Part shown: positions 31,295 to 32,427 of the stretch, in pieces | How the letters are laid out: each line of letters begins with the position of its first letter | Position numbering within the stretch: position 1 is the stretch's first letter | Source of the DNA: Polymyxa betae A26-41 | Taxonomy: Eukaryota > Protista > Endomyxa: Phytomyxea | Reading direction: 5' to 3' | Assembly (NCBI GenBank): GCA_003693705.1 | Contig: RBZT01000663.1 | Coordinates: 1 to 32,427 of the forward strand | Length of the DNA: 32,427 nt | Made by a program: the position numbers and the translations under genes | Notes under the pieces: generated by a model | Database searches by the model: none | Told to the model about the DNA's origin: nothing | What the model saw: the letters and a program-made list of their open reading frames with translations, nothing else

Positions 31295-32324
31295 GTGGAC
31301 ATTGGGACACATGCTGATAGGCATAGTGGGAGATATAATTCCCAGTCTATGAATGTTTCTGGTAGACCAGCAGCACGGCCGGCTGTGCCACGTGTGGTCT
31401 TTCAACCCTGTGAGCCCCCTTTGTTGACGGCTTTGCGTACAAAGGATATTATTACTTTTTTGACTCAGTATGCGAAATATGACCAACAAGTTCAGGATAA
31501 CTTGAGAACGGGAGGGAATGATATTCCTAAACGGTCATTTACGTCTTTTATAGATCCTTCTTTGTTGAATATGATTGCCAAATTTGTTTGGAAGAAACCG
31601 AAGGATGAACTTGTGGACAATGATGTCATGGGTGTTTTAAATAATTATAAGGTTAATGATGACTCGTCGCATGGTCATATTCGTATGATTATTAAGGAGA
31701 GTGTCAAAGTGGATTTGAAGATGAAGCCACCATCTGCCAGAATTATGGATCTTCTGACTCAATTAGATAAGATCATTGAGGACCATAACTGCCAGTCTTT
31801 GTTTGATTCTGATGTGGGGAAGGAACATTGGATTCGGTTGGCCACGGAATGTTTGCAGCCTTATATTTTTAAAAATCATATGCTGAATATGATTAATTTC
31901 TCGAAGCCAGAGCTCAAGACTGACCAGGTTGCTTTTGTAGAGCAACTTGCTGGCAGATGTGGATAAGTATGAATCAGAAGTGAGTCGCATTCTGATTCGG
32001 TCGGAAAAGAATCATGGACAGAAAACTGCTACGGTTTCGAAGAAACATGGGGAAACCGACGATGATGATGATGATATATCTGAAAGCGAAGAAGAAGAAA
32101 TACCACCAAGACAGATTACACCAAAAAACCAGCAAAAAAAGAAATCAAAGGGAGATATTGCGCGTGAGAATAAGGAATTGAAAGACAGATTATACAATCT
32201 GGAAAAGATGATGGAGATTATGACACTGAAATATAAAAACAAGAAGAAGAAGACAAAACAGAGTGAGAAGGTAATGAAAAGTTTAAGTAATTTAATGCTA
32301 AAGGACGATGATGAAGATGATTGA
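31295..32324 (+). pseudogene. Gypsy-like gag (frameshift near 31955) ending in an acidic/basic low-complexity tail
   Basis: PPLLTAL...IITFLTQYAKY...SFIDPSLL...VKVDLKMKPPSARIMDL...LATECLQP resembles gag of protist Gypsy elements. No protease follows. Confidence 0.55.
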
Positions 32325-32355
32325 ATAATAAAAAACTATTTACCTTAACGCTTGA

Positions 32356-32427
32356 ATGATGATAGATAGATAGATAGACGATTACGATGACATAGATAGA
32401 GAGATAGAGACAGACGACCACGACGAC
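32356..32427. repeat. Degenerate (GATA)n/(GAC)n simple repeat
   Basis: gatagatagatagatagac...gatagagagatagagacagacgac. Confidence 0.8.

Noticed and set aside
1-32427. Prokaryotic origin or bacterial IS cluster
   Set aside because: LTR retrotransposons, hAT and Pong elements and spliceosomal introns indicate a eukaryotic nuclear genome.

Overview
Eukaryotic, transposon-saturated DNA with no recognisable host gene. Short GT-AG introns and the TE families suggest an oomycete- or phytomyxid-like protist (inference). Terminal repeats, target-site duplications (TSDs) and restored reading frames show that most of the window (2451-27958) is one old minus-strand chromodomain Ty3/Gypsy element, about 4.8 kb of its own sequence, inflated to 25.5 kb by ten nested insertions. 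These are: a complete PIF/Harbinger (2692-5069); Tc1/mariner > Pong-like > intron-containing PHIS (PIF/Harbinger-ISL2EU-Spy group) element (5081-11200); IS630/Tc1-like two-gene element > PHIS element > hAT MITE (about 11625-17210); and hAT > {TIR element, Ty1/Copia} (17928-24602). The Gypsy itself interrupts another Harbinger-type transposase. The flanks hold a second Copia 5' end (1-1060), a third Harbinger, a CAT/Asp-rich ~200-230 bp tandem array and a Gypsy-like gag. Most notable: (i) both Copia elements have a primer-binding site matching the anticodon arm of tRNA-Lys(CUU), implying half-tRNA priming; (ii) an IS630-type transposase has a convergent accessory ORF; (iii) a PHIS element has a spliced, non-Myb accessory gene; (iv) an intron splits the GDPGY motif of one Harbinger transposase but is absent from its homologue. 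Nearly all coding regions are pseudogenised. All calls were made by eye, without database searches.
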